In this document: positions 47,695 to 56,395 of the stretch, piece by piece
Layout: each line of letters opens with the position of its first letter
How positions within the stretch are numbered: position 1 is the stretch's first letter
IMG/VR virus record: IMGVR_UViG_3300014208_000002
Span: 64,001-128,000 of that record
Source of the DNA: a virus
Taxonomy: Duplodnaviria; Caudoviricetes
Length of the DNA stretch: 64,000 bases
Reading direction: 5' to 3' (one strand)
Notes under the pieces: model-generated
Database searches by the model: none
What the model was told of the DNA's origin: nothing
The model's input: only the letters and a program-made list of their open reading frames with translations
Program-made: the position numbers and the translations under genes

Positions 47695-48216
47695 TCATTT
47701 TACTTTTCCTTTATGACAATTATACCATCCCCAGCAATCATCTCTATTCTTCTTGGCACACTCGGAAAGAGAGCCGCCCAAGTTTAGAAAATCTTTACAA
47801 GGCCCATGGTCTTTTAACCACTCACCAATCTTTGATCCCTGCTCGAAGTGTTGCAAGGGACAGTGAAGATCATAGATAGGAAGAGGAGACTTTCCTTTCT
47901 TCCATTCAGAATAGGAAACGCCGCCTTGGGAAAACTTAATTTCTCTGCTTGGATTTTCTTCATCCGCTTCAGTAGTAACATCTTCATCCGTAATACACAT
48001 TCCAGCGGAAGTTTTATAAACTCTCTTTACGCCTTTCTTATTTTTTCGTTCGATGAATTTAGTATAAGTATGCTTGATATGCTCTTTGCCTGTGCCTTTA
48101 CAAGTATAGCATATTACTGCCGCCTTACCTTTTTCGGCAAATCCTTGATAAAGTCCAGTACCACCACAGGAAGTACATTCTACATCGGCTTCCCAAATAA
48201 TCTTTTCCTTCGGCAT
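47695..48216 (-). CDS. DnaJ-like Zn-finger hypothetical protein
   Basis: CTSCGGTG...CYTCKGTG. Confidence 0.65.
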   Translation of the reverse strand: MPKEKIIWEADVECTSCGGTGLYQGFAEKGKAAVICYTCKGTGKEHIKHTYTKFIERKNKKGVKRVYKTSAGMCITDEDVTTEADEENPSREIKFSQGGVSYSEWKKGKSPLPIYDLHCPLQHFEQGSKIGEWLKDHGPCKDFLNLGGSLSECAKKNRDDCWGWYNCHKGKVK

Positions 48217-48431
48217 TTTAATCCTCCTAATTCTTTAAGCCATAGTATACAAGACCACAACTAGGACAAACGTTGAGTTCATCGGTCACAACGGTTATTC
48301 TTCTTACTGCATCAGAAGCATAATCATCACCATAATTTGAACAAACTTCAGTTACAATTTTAATTATCTTAAACTCCCCTACAAAATTACAGGATTTACA
48401 AATCATTTTAATCCTCCTTATATTCAAAAAA

Positions 48432-48514
48432 TGGCACTGATGGGAATCGAACCCATACGCTCATAGAGCGAGACATTTTAAGTGTCTTGTGGCTACCAAT
48501 TACACCACAGTGCC
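48432..48514 (-). tRNA. tRNA-Leu(TAA)
   Basis: GGCACTG/CAGTGCC; AGACA-CTTAAAA-TGTCT; variable arm; no intron. Confidence 0.93.
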
Positions 48515-48527
48515 AAGAAAATATTTT

Positions 48528-49076
48528 TTAACCCCCTTTAATAGAATTATCACTTATCTTTAACTCTTTTTCAAGAGCTAATTTTAACTCTATATGAAGT
48601 TCTTTATGACATGTTGAACAAACCAAAATACATTTTTTTATCTCCTCTCTTTCTTTTTCTAATGAACGAGTGCTTTTATGGCTTATATTAAATTTCTTTT
48701 CTTTTGGATTAAGATGATGAAACTCTAATGCTTCTATATATTTATCATAACCACATCTTTCACACTTACCTCCCTTTTCTACAACTAAAAGAATTTTCCT
48801 ATTTTTTCTACACAGTTTAACATTTTCATTATTTGAAAGTTTATGCTCTTTTTTACAGAGCATACAAACTCCTTTTTTATTCCTCCAACCTAATTTCCCT
48901 CCACAGATAGAACAAAATTTAGACTCTTTCTTTGTAAGAGCTTTGCTTATTTTTTCTTTTGCCGCTTTGCTATGTTTTCTTGTACGACCACAACTAAAGC
49001 TACAAAACCTTAATGGTTTTCTTTTATCCTTTCTCCAATCCTCAAAAAACTCTTTTCCACAGCATTCACAAATCAT
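48528..49076 (-). mobile_element. free-standing HNH homing endonuclease
   Basis: GGKCERCG...LEFHHLNPKEK...CILVCSTCHKELH; N-terminal Zn fingers. Confidence 0.85.
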
Positions 49077-49144
49077 AGTTTTGGTTTATTTACTTACTCC
49101 TTACTTATATTAGTAAGAAGTTTGTAAAAAGCTCAAAAACTTAT

Positions 49145-49224
49145 TGGGGAAGGAGGAATCGAACCTCCTCTCTTTCGAGGACTCTGTTTATAAGACAGGC
49201 ACCTTACCCGGTCGGTCATTCCCC
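49145..49224 (-). tRNA. non-canonical tRNA with TAT (Ile/AUA) anticodon and long variable arm
   Basis: CCTGT-CTTATAA-ACAGA; CTC-GAAA-GAG variable arm; 6-bp acceptor GGGGAA/TTCCCC. Confidence 0.75.
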
Positions 49225-49409
49225 ATAAAAATAATTTACTTTCCCCCTCTCACCGAATCAATGAGAAATTGAAAATCATTCTTAGAAATTGGCTTCAACT
49301 TATAGGCAGGAATATACCCACAAGTATTCAATATATCCCTACGAACCATTTCCAGCATCAAAGGATTTCCCGGATACTCATTCAAAACCATGTTTGATTC
49401 CTTTCAATA

Positions 49410-49985
49410 CTACAGAATATAAATCCAGCGGGTAGAAGGTATCTCCCCCGTCTTTTGTGCCAAGTATCCTTCCGTCATAGAAGGAACATACTTCTCTGCT
49501 ATGAAAGCGAACTTTACCTTTTTGCTGTTCTTGTTTGCTCGGATCAATTCAGAATAAGCGTATTTTATAGTTTCCTTATCAAGAGTAAGATTCTTTCCTC
49601 CTTTAGTGAAAGTCATTCCAACCTTTCCAAAGCGAGAATCAGTATAGATAAGGTAAAAGCCAGTTTCATCTTTATAAAGAATTGATTCTTGCCTAAACTT
49701 CCTTCCAAGAGTAAGGATGAGATTCTTGGGACACTGAGGAATGAAAAAGGACTTTTCTTCGGAGTTCACAACTTCGTTAGTATCAGCATCTGTATAGGAA
49801 TACCCGGAATTCTGTTCAATAAAACCAAGGTTATTCTTTTTAATTTCGGCCCTGAGTTTCTCATGATTTTCAAGATTGAATTCAAGAGAAAATTCCTTCC
49901 TAAAGGCTGAGACAACTCCGAAGGAATTGTCAGACTCAATATGTTGCCAAATACGGCTGAGTGATGATTCATCTATCCTTTTCAT
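49410..49985 (-). CDS. conserved phage protein, possibly capsid-internal
   Basis: ESSLSRIWQH...GVVSAFR...EEKSFFIP...QESILY pattern recalled from T4-like phage proteins; MKRIDE N-terminus. Confidence 0.6.
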   Translation of the reverse strand: MKRIDESSLSRIWQHIESDNSFGVVSAFRKEFSLEFNLENHEKLRAEIKKNNLGFIEQNSGYSYTDADTNEVVNSEEKSFFIPQCPKNLILTLGRKFRQESILYKDETGFYLIYTDSRFGKVGMTFTKGGKNLTLDKETIKYAYSELIRANKNSKKVKFAFIAEKYVPSMTEGYLAQKTGEIPSTRWIYIL

Positions 49986-50008
49986 GGCTCTTTCTCCCTT
50001 CCTTTATA

Positions 50009-50037
50009 AATTTAGTGTATTTTCTTCCTTTTGTCAA
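50009..50037 (-). promoter_or_regulatory. sigma70-type promoter
   Basis: TTGACA-N17-TAAATT. Confidence 0.6.
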
Positions 50038-50060
50038 GGAATTTAAGATAAAATAAATAA

Positions 50061-50142
50061 GAACCTTGACTGCTGGCGGATTTAACGCCTTGCGGTATCC
50101 CAGTAGCTCCGGTTGAACTACCTAATACGCCCGTCAAGATTC
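50061..50142 (-). ncRNA. unknown small structured RNA
   Basis: GAATCTTGAC/GTCAAGGTTC closing stem; GGTAGTTC/GAGCTACT and GGCG/CGCC hairpins. Confidence 0.45.
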
Positions 50143-50170
50143 CGTTTTCCAGTGCTTAGGACACTGAAAA

Positions 50171-50242
50171 TGAGCCGGGGAAGACTCGAACTTCCAACCC
50201 ACGCCTTAAAAGGGCGTTGCTCTACCTTTGAGCTACCGGCCC
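50171..50242 (-). tRNA. tRNA-Lys(TTT)
   Basis: GGGCCGG/CCGGCTC; ACGCC-CTTTTAA-GGCGT. Confidence 0.93.
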
Positions 50243-50247
50243 AAGAA

Positions 50248-50289
50248 AATCTAATTGAGAGAAGTCCTTTCTCTTCTCCCAATTAGATT
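50248..50289. terminator. hairpin/terminator
   Basis: AATCTAATTG...CAATTAGATT inverted repeat between gene end and tRNA-Lys. Confidence 0.5.
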
Positions 50290-50299
50290 ATACGACTAA

Positions 50300-50668
50300 T
50301 CAAACTTCGTCAAGCATTTTCTGAAGTTCTTCGATGGACTTGCCCTCCAAAGCGGCATCCTGCTTGGTCGCCATGATGTCCATGATTTTCTGCTTCTGCG
50401 CCTTCTTCGCCAGAGCGGTCTTCTTGTCCTCTGCTTCCTGAAGCTTGACTTCGACTATATGCTTGACGATTCCTATCTGAAGGTCAAGCGTTATGTCTTC
50501 CTTGCTCTTGGTTCCAAGAAGGCTTTCCTCCTGCGCCGCCTTGAGCTTGGTATGCAATGACCGATAGATGGAGTCCAAGTCCGTTACGGTCAAGTCCCAC
50601 AAATCTTCTGCCGTGATAAATCCCTTGAAGGGAAACCGAAGCTTTACCCGTGCCGCTTTTTCGAACAT
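50300..50668 (-). CDS. conserved hypothetical protein (partner of the upstream 681-aa gene)
   Basis: MFEKAARVKLRFPFKGFITAEDLWDL; GGAGG SD. Confidence 0.8.
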   Translation of the reverse strand: MFEKAARVKLRFPFKGFITAEDLWDLTVTDLDSIYRSLHTKLKAAQEESLLGTKSKEDITLDLQIGIVKHIVEVKLQEAEDKKTALAKKAQKQKIMDIMATKQDAALEGKSIEELQKMLDEV

Positions 50669-50680
50669 ATTCTTTCCTCC

Positions 50681-52726
50681 TTAGAAAGATACTTTCAAAA
50701 CCCTATTGAACTGTCCTTCTACTCGGACAATCAAAGAATTCCGCTTGGTAGTACAGAAACCTAATCCAGAAAGTTGATCGTCTACGGATTTAACTTTCAT
50801 TCGAGCGCCAAGGGCTTCAAAAACACGCTTTTGAGAAAGAAGCTCTTCCTTCAAAAACTCGTTGAAGAATCCGTTTGGTGCCTCATCATTAACACACCCC
50901 TTGAGCATGAAGAAATAATGACGATTTCCTATGCCCTCCTGGGCATCCCAATAGTTCGGGGAGAACATACAGACAGAAACCGGATAGAACTGATTTGTCT
51001 CAAGACTCCATAGACTCCTTGAAGAAGTAGAAGACGGAAGCTCTTCTATGACCTTGAAACCATCCTTCCTACTATAAAGAACCTTTGCAACAGGAATCTT
51101 TTCCCCATTACGAAGTTCCTTGTTGTAGCAGAAAGAATAAATCTGTCCATCAAATTCTATTTCTGCGGAAAACCCTGTTCGTCCTCCTCGGTTATTGTAG
51201 CAATGCACGAAGAAAGAATAAACTCCCTCGGGCATTTTAGCTCGATTGCTCCATGTGATATTCTCCACGGCGACTTGCTTATCACTCGGATGAATAATAT
51301 CTACATCAAGCATCCCGGAAGACATATGCCCAGTCTTATTCCCAAAATATATTTCATTTTTGGAAGGCTCGATACAATGGGCATCAAAATCATTGGGGTT
51401 ATACTTTGCCGGATCATCATTCCACTGGATTGAAAACCGGAGTACCCCATCAATCTTTCCCCCTGCCGCTTTGACCCTTTCCTTCATAGAGTCCGTCATG
51501 TTTCCACTATATGCCCAAGAAAAGGCATTTCCCCACTTGAAAAGGGAAGGACTCTTGGAGTCTCCCGGAGCGATAAGGGAAACAAGATTTCCATTATGAC
51601 GATTTTCAAAAAGAACCTCTACCTTCTTTGAGGAAGGAAGGATATTCTTCAAGAAATCACCGATGGAAATTTCCTCTGTCCGGTCAAAGGACTTTGGATT
51701 TATAGCCGTTACACTTTCTGCCATGTCATCAAAAACACTTCCAGCTATTCGCTTTGAAGCATCCCGATTGGCATAGAGAATGTTGTTCACGGTTATATCA
51801 TCCAGTGTTGCAAAGCGCCGCTTGAGAGAATCCAGGAGTCCCATTTCCTCCAACTTAGCCTTTGCATCTTTCAGCATTTTCTTTGTAAAAACCGCTTTCG
51901 GACGCTTGTAGTTGGAAGGAGCTACAATTGCTTCATAACTTGATACAGCATTATCCAAATCCTTCCCTTCAGTGATGTCGGTTAGGAGTGCCCCGATAGA
52001 ATGGTTTCGGATTTTTCCGATCACCGGGCCAACAATCAAAGATTGCTCCCAGCAAAAATTGTCCCTCAAAGAAGCATCAAGCTTGTTGTATGCCTTATGA
52101 AGAGTAAGAAACTTTTCGAGAACTGCCTTCCACTCTTCTCCCTTATAGAGAGAGTTTTGAGAAATCAATTCCAGAACGGAAAGAATTGAGTCCTCAGAAA
52201 TTTCTTCAAGTGAACGCTTGAATACATTCCGAACATCCCGCAACTGTCCCTTCACAGAATCTACCGTATCAGAAGAGCGATTCTTGAAAGTCTCGGGGAG
52301 CTTGTAGTACAAGTGTTCCCAAACAAGATTCTTTCCGTTCTCTCCCTCTTCGTAATTCTTATCTATTCCAAAAGCGAGTTCCTTTGTTATGAAAACATCG
52401 GAAACTATATTGGATTTGATAAAAAGAGATAGGGCATTTATAACAGGCTGATAAGTAGTCTCGCCTGTAGTAAAATCCCAAATAGTTGTAACAATATTAT
52501 TTTTAATTGTTACAATATTTCCGAAAGACTTAATAAAATGCCGACAGGACGAACAATCATGCTCTCGCCGCTCTCGGAAAATTTCATTTGTTCCGTTGGG
52601 AAAGTTATCAAGATAAGTATTCCAAAGAATATCCTTATCCACTTCCACCATAAAAAGATGCTGAACATCCTTCAGCATAGCAGAAATATGCTTCTGAAGC
52701 ATACCCTTAAACTCATTGAATAGCAT
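50681..52726 (-). CDS. large conserved phage protein with C-terminal TerD/YfaP-like domain
   Basis: True start MLFNEF (AAGGAGG SD); HDCSSCRHF motif; DFDAHCIEP...LDVDI...VENITW. Confidence 0.7.
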   Translation of the reverse strand: MLFNEFKGMLQKHISAMLKDVQHLFMVEVDKDILWNTYLDNFPNGTNEIFRERREHDCSSCRHFIKSFGNIVTIKNNIVTTIWDFTTGETTYQPVINALSLFIKSNIVSDVFITKELAFGIDKNYEEGENGKNLVWEHLYYKLPETFKNRSSDTVDSVKGQLRDVRNVFKRSLEEISEDSILSVLELISQNSLYKGEEWKAVLEKFLTLHKAYNKLDASLRDNFCWEQSLIVGPVIGKIRNHSIGALLTDITEGKDLDNAVSSYEAIVAPSNYKRPKAVFTKKMLKDAKAKLEEMGLLDSLKRRFATLDDITVNNILYANRDASKRIAGSVFDDMAESVTAINPKSFDRTEEISIGDFLKNILPSSKKVEVLFENRHNGNLVSLIAPGDSKSPSLFKWGNAFSWAYSGNMTDSMKERVKAAGGKIDGVLRFSIQWNDDPAKYNPNDFDAHCIEPSKNEIYFGNKTGHMSSGMLDVDIIHPSDKQVAVENITWSNRAKMPEGVYSFFVHCYNNRGGRTGFSAEIEFDGQIYSFCYNKELRNGEKIPVAKVLYSRKDGFKVIEELPSSTSSRSLWSLETNQFYPVSVCMFSPNYWDAQEGIGNRHYFFMLKGCVNDEAPNGFFNEFLKEELLSQKRVFEALGARMKVKSVDDQLSGLGFCTTKRNSLIVRVEGQFNRVLKVSF

Positions 52727-52817
52727 TTTCGCCTCCTTAAAATTCTCTAAAGATAATAAATGTTCACTATAATGGACAAAAACCGGTTTAATGTACATAA
52801 TAATGAACATTACACTT

Positions 52818-52889
52818 TTGGGGCAGGAGGGATCGAACCTCCGTATGCAGGAGCCAAAGCCCTGAGCCTTACCGCTTGGCTATACCCCA
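52818..52889 (-). tRNA. tRNA-Gln(TTG)
   Basis: TGGGGTA/TGCCCCA; CAGGG-CTTTGGC-TCCTG. Confidence 0.9.
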
Positions 52890-52896
52890 AAGAAAC

Positions 52897-53325
52897 TTAG
52901 TAAACAAACGAATACTTGAATTCTCCTTTCTTCACATGATTATCTATGCGGTCCATCAATGCTTCTTCATTATAAAAACCATACGGATACATTTCTATTA
53001 TATCCGCAAGACCGACAAGCTGATTTTCATATTCTGTAAGAAGATCAATGAGCATAAGAACTACACCACCGACACGATCTGGGAAAATAGTAAATGCTGA
53101 CCATGCCGCTTTGGTAAACTGAATAGGAAGCTTTAATACTTCCAGCCTTTTAGCTACGACTCCAATTGGAAAAGGTGTTTCTTCACCTTCAAAAAGGGAA
53201 TTAAGCTCTTCTTGAGAAAAAGCTTTCTTTCCTTCTGTGGCCTCCATCATAGCCATTTCAATAAAAAATCTTCCTACTTCAGAGCGAAGAGGAACCGAAT
53301 TTTCCTTTGACAGAACATAAGCCAT
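52897..53325 (-). CDS. hypothetical protein
   Basis: GGAGGG SD. Confidence 0.7.
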   Translation of the reverse strand: MAYVLSKENSVPLRSEVGRFFIEMAMMEATEGKKAFSQEELNSLFEGEETPFPIGVVAKRLEVLKLPIQFTKAAWSAFTIFPDRVGGVVLMLIDLLTEYENQLVGLADIIEMYPYGFYNEEALMDRIDNHVKKGEFKYSFVY

Positions 53326-53451
53326 TTTAGCCCTCCTTTAGAAAAAATCCCGCTTACAAATACGGGGACACATTTGCGTAGTGTCTGCTTTGGTCTTTAA
53401 AAAAGGGAGGGAAAAGACCTTTCACGGATTGTACAATGCCCAATTCTAGGC

Positions 53452-53518
53452 TGTTCCCTCTGCGGGAACGGTCTTCGGAATGAAAATCCGATGTCCTAGA
53501 CCACTAGACGACGGGGAC
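53452..53518 (-). pseudogene. tRNA-Glu(TTC) lacking a canonical T-arm
   Basis: Intact 5' part GTCCCCG-TC-GTCTAGTGGTCTAGGAC-A-TCGGA-TTTTCAT-TCCGA-AGAC, then CGTTCCCGCAGAGGGAAC with no TTCRA loop. Confidence 0.65.
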
Positions 53519-53745
53519 AGGAAAAGTAAATGCACAGTTACCGCTATCTGGCGTCCTACTTTCCAGGTGGAGGACGGAATATAACAAGCTCACCTTTAGG
53601 GGATTTCCAAACTCATCGGGAGCGACCCAATGCCAACCAGTACCTCTCTGTAGGTATCCCCTGCGATCTGAATTGCGTATACGACTTTTGTATTATTCCA
53701 GTTTGTCAACAAGGACAGTTTGGACAATACAATTATCTTAGTAGA

Positions 53746-54033
53746 TTATTTCTCATTTGTTGACTCAAAGAATTCGGGAAATTTTTCTCTCCATTCTTTA
53801 AGCTTGAGAATAACATCTTCCTTTTTCTCTATCATCCACATACTAATTCTAAGTGAAAACTCTGCAAAACCATTAAGAAAAATAATTCTATCGTATTCCT
53901 CTTCCTCAATTTCTACTTCAAGGACCAAACGCCCCCCATGTATATCATCTGAGGCATCTGTTATTTTCGCTGTTGGAAAAAGAGTTTGAAGCTCTTCCTG
54001 ATATTCTTGTCCACCATATATCAAATCATACAT
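53746..54033 (-). CDS. hypothetical protein
   Basis: GAGGAGG SD. Confidence 0.65.
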   Translation of the reverse strand: MYDLIYGGQEYQEELQTLFPTAKITDASDDIHGGRLVLEVEIEEEEYDRIIFLNGFAEFSLRISMWMIEKKEDVILKLKEWREKFPEFFESTNEK

Positions 54034-54239
54034 ATTTATTTCCTCCTCACCGATTCTCTAACACTTGTCGCATATCAGCTTGCCCATCGGCATAGCATTG
54101 TTCTCCAAACTTTTGAATCAAGCGAAGTTCTTCCATTGAAGGACTAACCTCTCGTATGATCTTGGCAAGCATGAGATCAGTGATTGAAACTGAATCTTTA
54201 GGAATAGGCATATTCCCCCCTCCTTAAAAAACTTGAAGC

Positions 54240-54790
54240 TCGGTCTATTTACAACCTGACCTTTTACCTCTCCGGTACGGTTATGCGGAGCGGGCTTCAA
54301 GAAAAAGCCCTGCGGATTACATCCGGGCCAGACATATTAAATATCTGTGGGTATTTCCTAACGATACTCCGCTAAGTGTTAGGATGCGGGAATTGATAAA
54401 ATTATTAAGTAGCAGTGTAAAGCAACTCCCCCCGCTTATGCCCACTGCTTCTCAGCATGGACTTCACACTACTAATGTCCCGCCAGTATATTCCGGGACT
54501 CGGGGTTTACAGCTTTTGGCTACCCTTTTCGCTAGAATATTTTTGGGGCTATCTCCACTCAAGGTTTTCACCAAGGGCTTCTCTGGTAACCAATATTCTA
54601 ACTCCAACCACAACTCCATGTGCAATTAAGCTAGGAATTTAGGTTTCACAATTTCCGTGGCTCTATTTAAGAATCAGGATCACGGACAACTCCCCATTCC
54701 GAGTCATTCAAAGCTGGTACGGTATCTGTTTCGGGGAACGACCTTACCCTACTCCTTCGGCTACCAAAGTATCCAGCCATAATCAAAAAT
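54240..54790 (-). ncRNA. large structured ncRNA candidate (GOLLD/ROOL size class)
   Basis: About 550 nt, GC-enriched, no credible minus-strand ORF, many helices (e.g. GTAGTGTGAAG/CTTTACACTGC, GTCCCG/CGGGAC, CCTAAC/GTTAGG, TCCGTG/CACGGA); promoter upstream. Confidence 0.55.
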
Positions 54791-54884
54791 TGATTAAAGC
54801 AATTTTCCTCCCCCTCCCTAATTGTGTAAAAGAACTTCTCTCAAAGAAAGAATCTCTTCTCCCTCTCCAATTCCTTACATACTC

Positions 54885-54913
54885 AATATAGGATAGAATT
54901 ACTTTTCTGTCAA
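54885..54913 (-). promoter_or_regulatory. sigma70-type promoter upstream of ncRNA candidate
   Basis: TTGACA-N17-TATATT. Confidence 0.7.
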
Positions 54914-54984
54914 GAAGAATTTCATTATTTTTAGTAAAAAAGTTGCGAAAAAGCATAAGTATATATGTTGTAAAGATTAACTAA

Positions 54985-55383
54985 TTATTCTGCAAAAACA
55001 GTAGTTTGTCCTGCATTTGTAACGGTTATTGTATAAGGAATAACAAGCGGAACTCCAGAGGGGTTTACAACTGGGGTAGGAATTGTAATTGAATCTCCTA
55101 ATCGGATAACAGGCAATAATGTTCCAAAAACCCTTAGTGTTGTTGGAAGAATCATTCCTGGCATTGCTCCTGTAATTACATTTCCTAAAGTATCAACTCC
55201 TGCAATTAAAAAAGATAGTGGTCCACAGAATACAGGAAACGGCGCTCCTAAAACATTTACAAAAATTTTTAAAGAAGGGGGAGTAGTAACAGTAACAATA
55301 ATTCCTGGACAAGGTATTATTCCTGCCAACACAGTAAATTGAAGAGGAAGTGTTGGTGTTGCTACCATAACAGGAAGACCCAT
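54985..55383 (-). CDS. putative baseplate spike-tip (PAAR-like) protein
   Basis: Pro/Gly/Thr-rich beta protein; PVIRLGD and C-terminal NAGQTTVFAE resemble phage spike-tip proteins. Confidence 0.45.
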   Translation of the reverse strand: MGLPVMVATPTLPLQFTVLAGIIPCPGIIVTVTTPPSLKIFVNVLGAPFPVFCGPLSFLIAGVDTLGNVITGAMPGMILPTTLRVFGTLLPVIRLGDSITIPTPVVNPSGVPLVIPYTITVTNAGQTTVFAE

Positions 55384-55387
55384 TTAT

Positions 55388-56395
55388 CTACACTCTCTTT
55401 ATTGTAGGCTTATTGAAAAAAGAAGAGGCAGATTTTATTTCCTCTTTCTTATGATTAACATTTCTCAAATGTCGTGATACTCGTGAATCAAACTGATCTA
55501 CATCAAATCCTAATCCCTCATATAAAACTCTAAGTGTAGAGGGCTTAAACTTTCCCTTAATAATAAATTGTTTAATCTCTGAATACTCTAATGGATAAAA
55601 AGAAACTAATTGTTCGTTAATTCGCAATCGTGGCGCTTGTTCTTTAATAAGTGCTTTCCATTTATCATTTAGAAAGTCAATGGACTCTGCATCCGAAATA
55701 ACATCATTAACTGATCCATACTCTAATAGTTTCAAAACAATCTTCTCAGGAATGTAGGGTAATCCAATTTCTATATTATCTGAAGCGTCTCCACGATAGG
55801 TTTTATAGTTAATTATATTTTCTTCTGTAGGCTCAAACCCGTATTTATCAAAGAATGCACCATTTGTCATCATTACTTTTCCCGTATACCAAGTAACTAA
55901 ATGGTCATGATAATTTATACATCTTGCCCAATCCATATCTCCTGAAACAAGAAGTATAGAGTCCTCTTTCGGAAGAGTATCTATAATGACTGGTACTACA
56001 TCATCTGCTTCCATTTTAGGAACTTGAATATAAATAAAATTATCAGAATAAGATTGTAATATTAAAGAAGTCAACTCAAGACCTCTATAGTAAATTCTTG
56101 GTCGGGAAACCCGATTCATTTTATAATCAGGGGAAATCAATTTTCGGCTGGTCTGCTTACTTGTAGGATTATCAGCAAGAAAATATACTTTTGTATTTTC
56201 ATCACAAAAATCCCGAAGAATTTTTCTAATAGAAATTATTGTTCCATGAATGCCACCTACAGAAATAACTTCATTCATAGATTCATATAGTTCCTTTTCA
56301 TGTACTGCATAGTTTCTTGCATAGAGATTTTGAAGATCAACTATAACATGAGAGTATTTATCAGTCATTAGGTTTTTCCTCATCTTCGTATACAT
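55388..56395 (-). CDS. 5'-3' exonuclease/RNase H (T4 Rnh/FEN family)
   Basis: IVDLQN, DYKMNR, MEADDVV, VSGDMDW, GDASDNI. Confidence 0.88.
   Translation of the reverse strand: MYTKMRKNLMTDKYSHVIVDLQNLYARNYAVHEKELYESMNEVISVGGIHGTIISIRKILRDFCDENTKVYFLADNPTSKQTSRKLISPDYKMNRVSRPRIYYRGLELTSLILQSYSDNFIYIQVPKMEADDVVPVIIDTLPKEDSILLVSGDMDWARCINYHDHLVTWYTGKVMMTNGAFFDKYGFEPTEENIINYKTYRGDASDNIEIGLPYIPEKIVLKLLEYGSVNDVISDAESIDFLNDKWKALIKEQAPRLRINEQLVSFYPLEYSEIKQFIIKGKFKPSTLRVLYEGLGFDVDQFDSRVSRHLRNVNHKKEEIKSASSFFNKPTIKRV

Noticed and set aside
54460-54480. AAGTCCATGCT resembling the B-type RNase P RNA CR-I motif
   Set aside because: The GAGGA prefix is absent and no matching CR-V element was found to complete P4; treated as coincidence pending cmscan.
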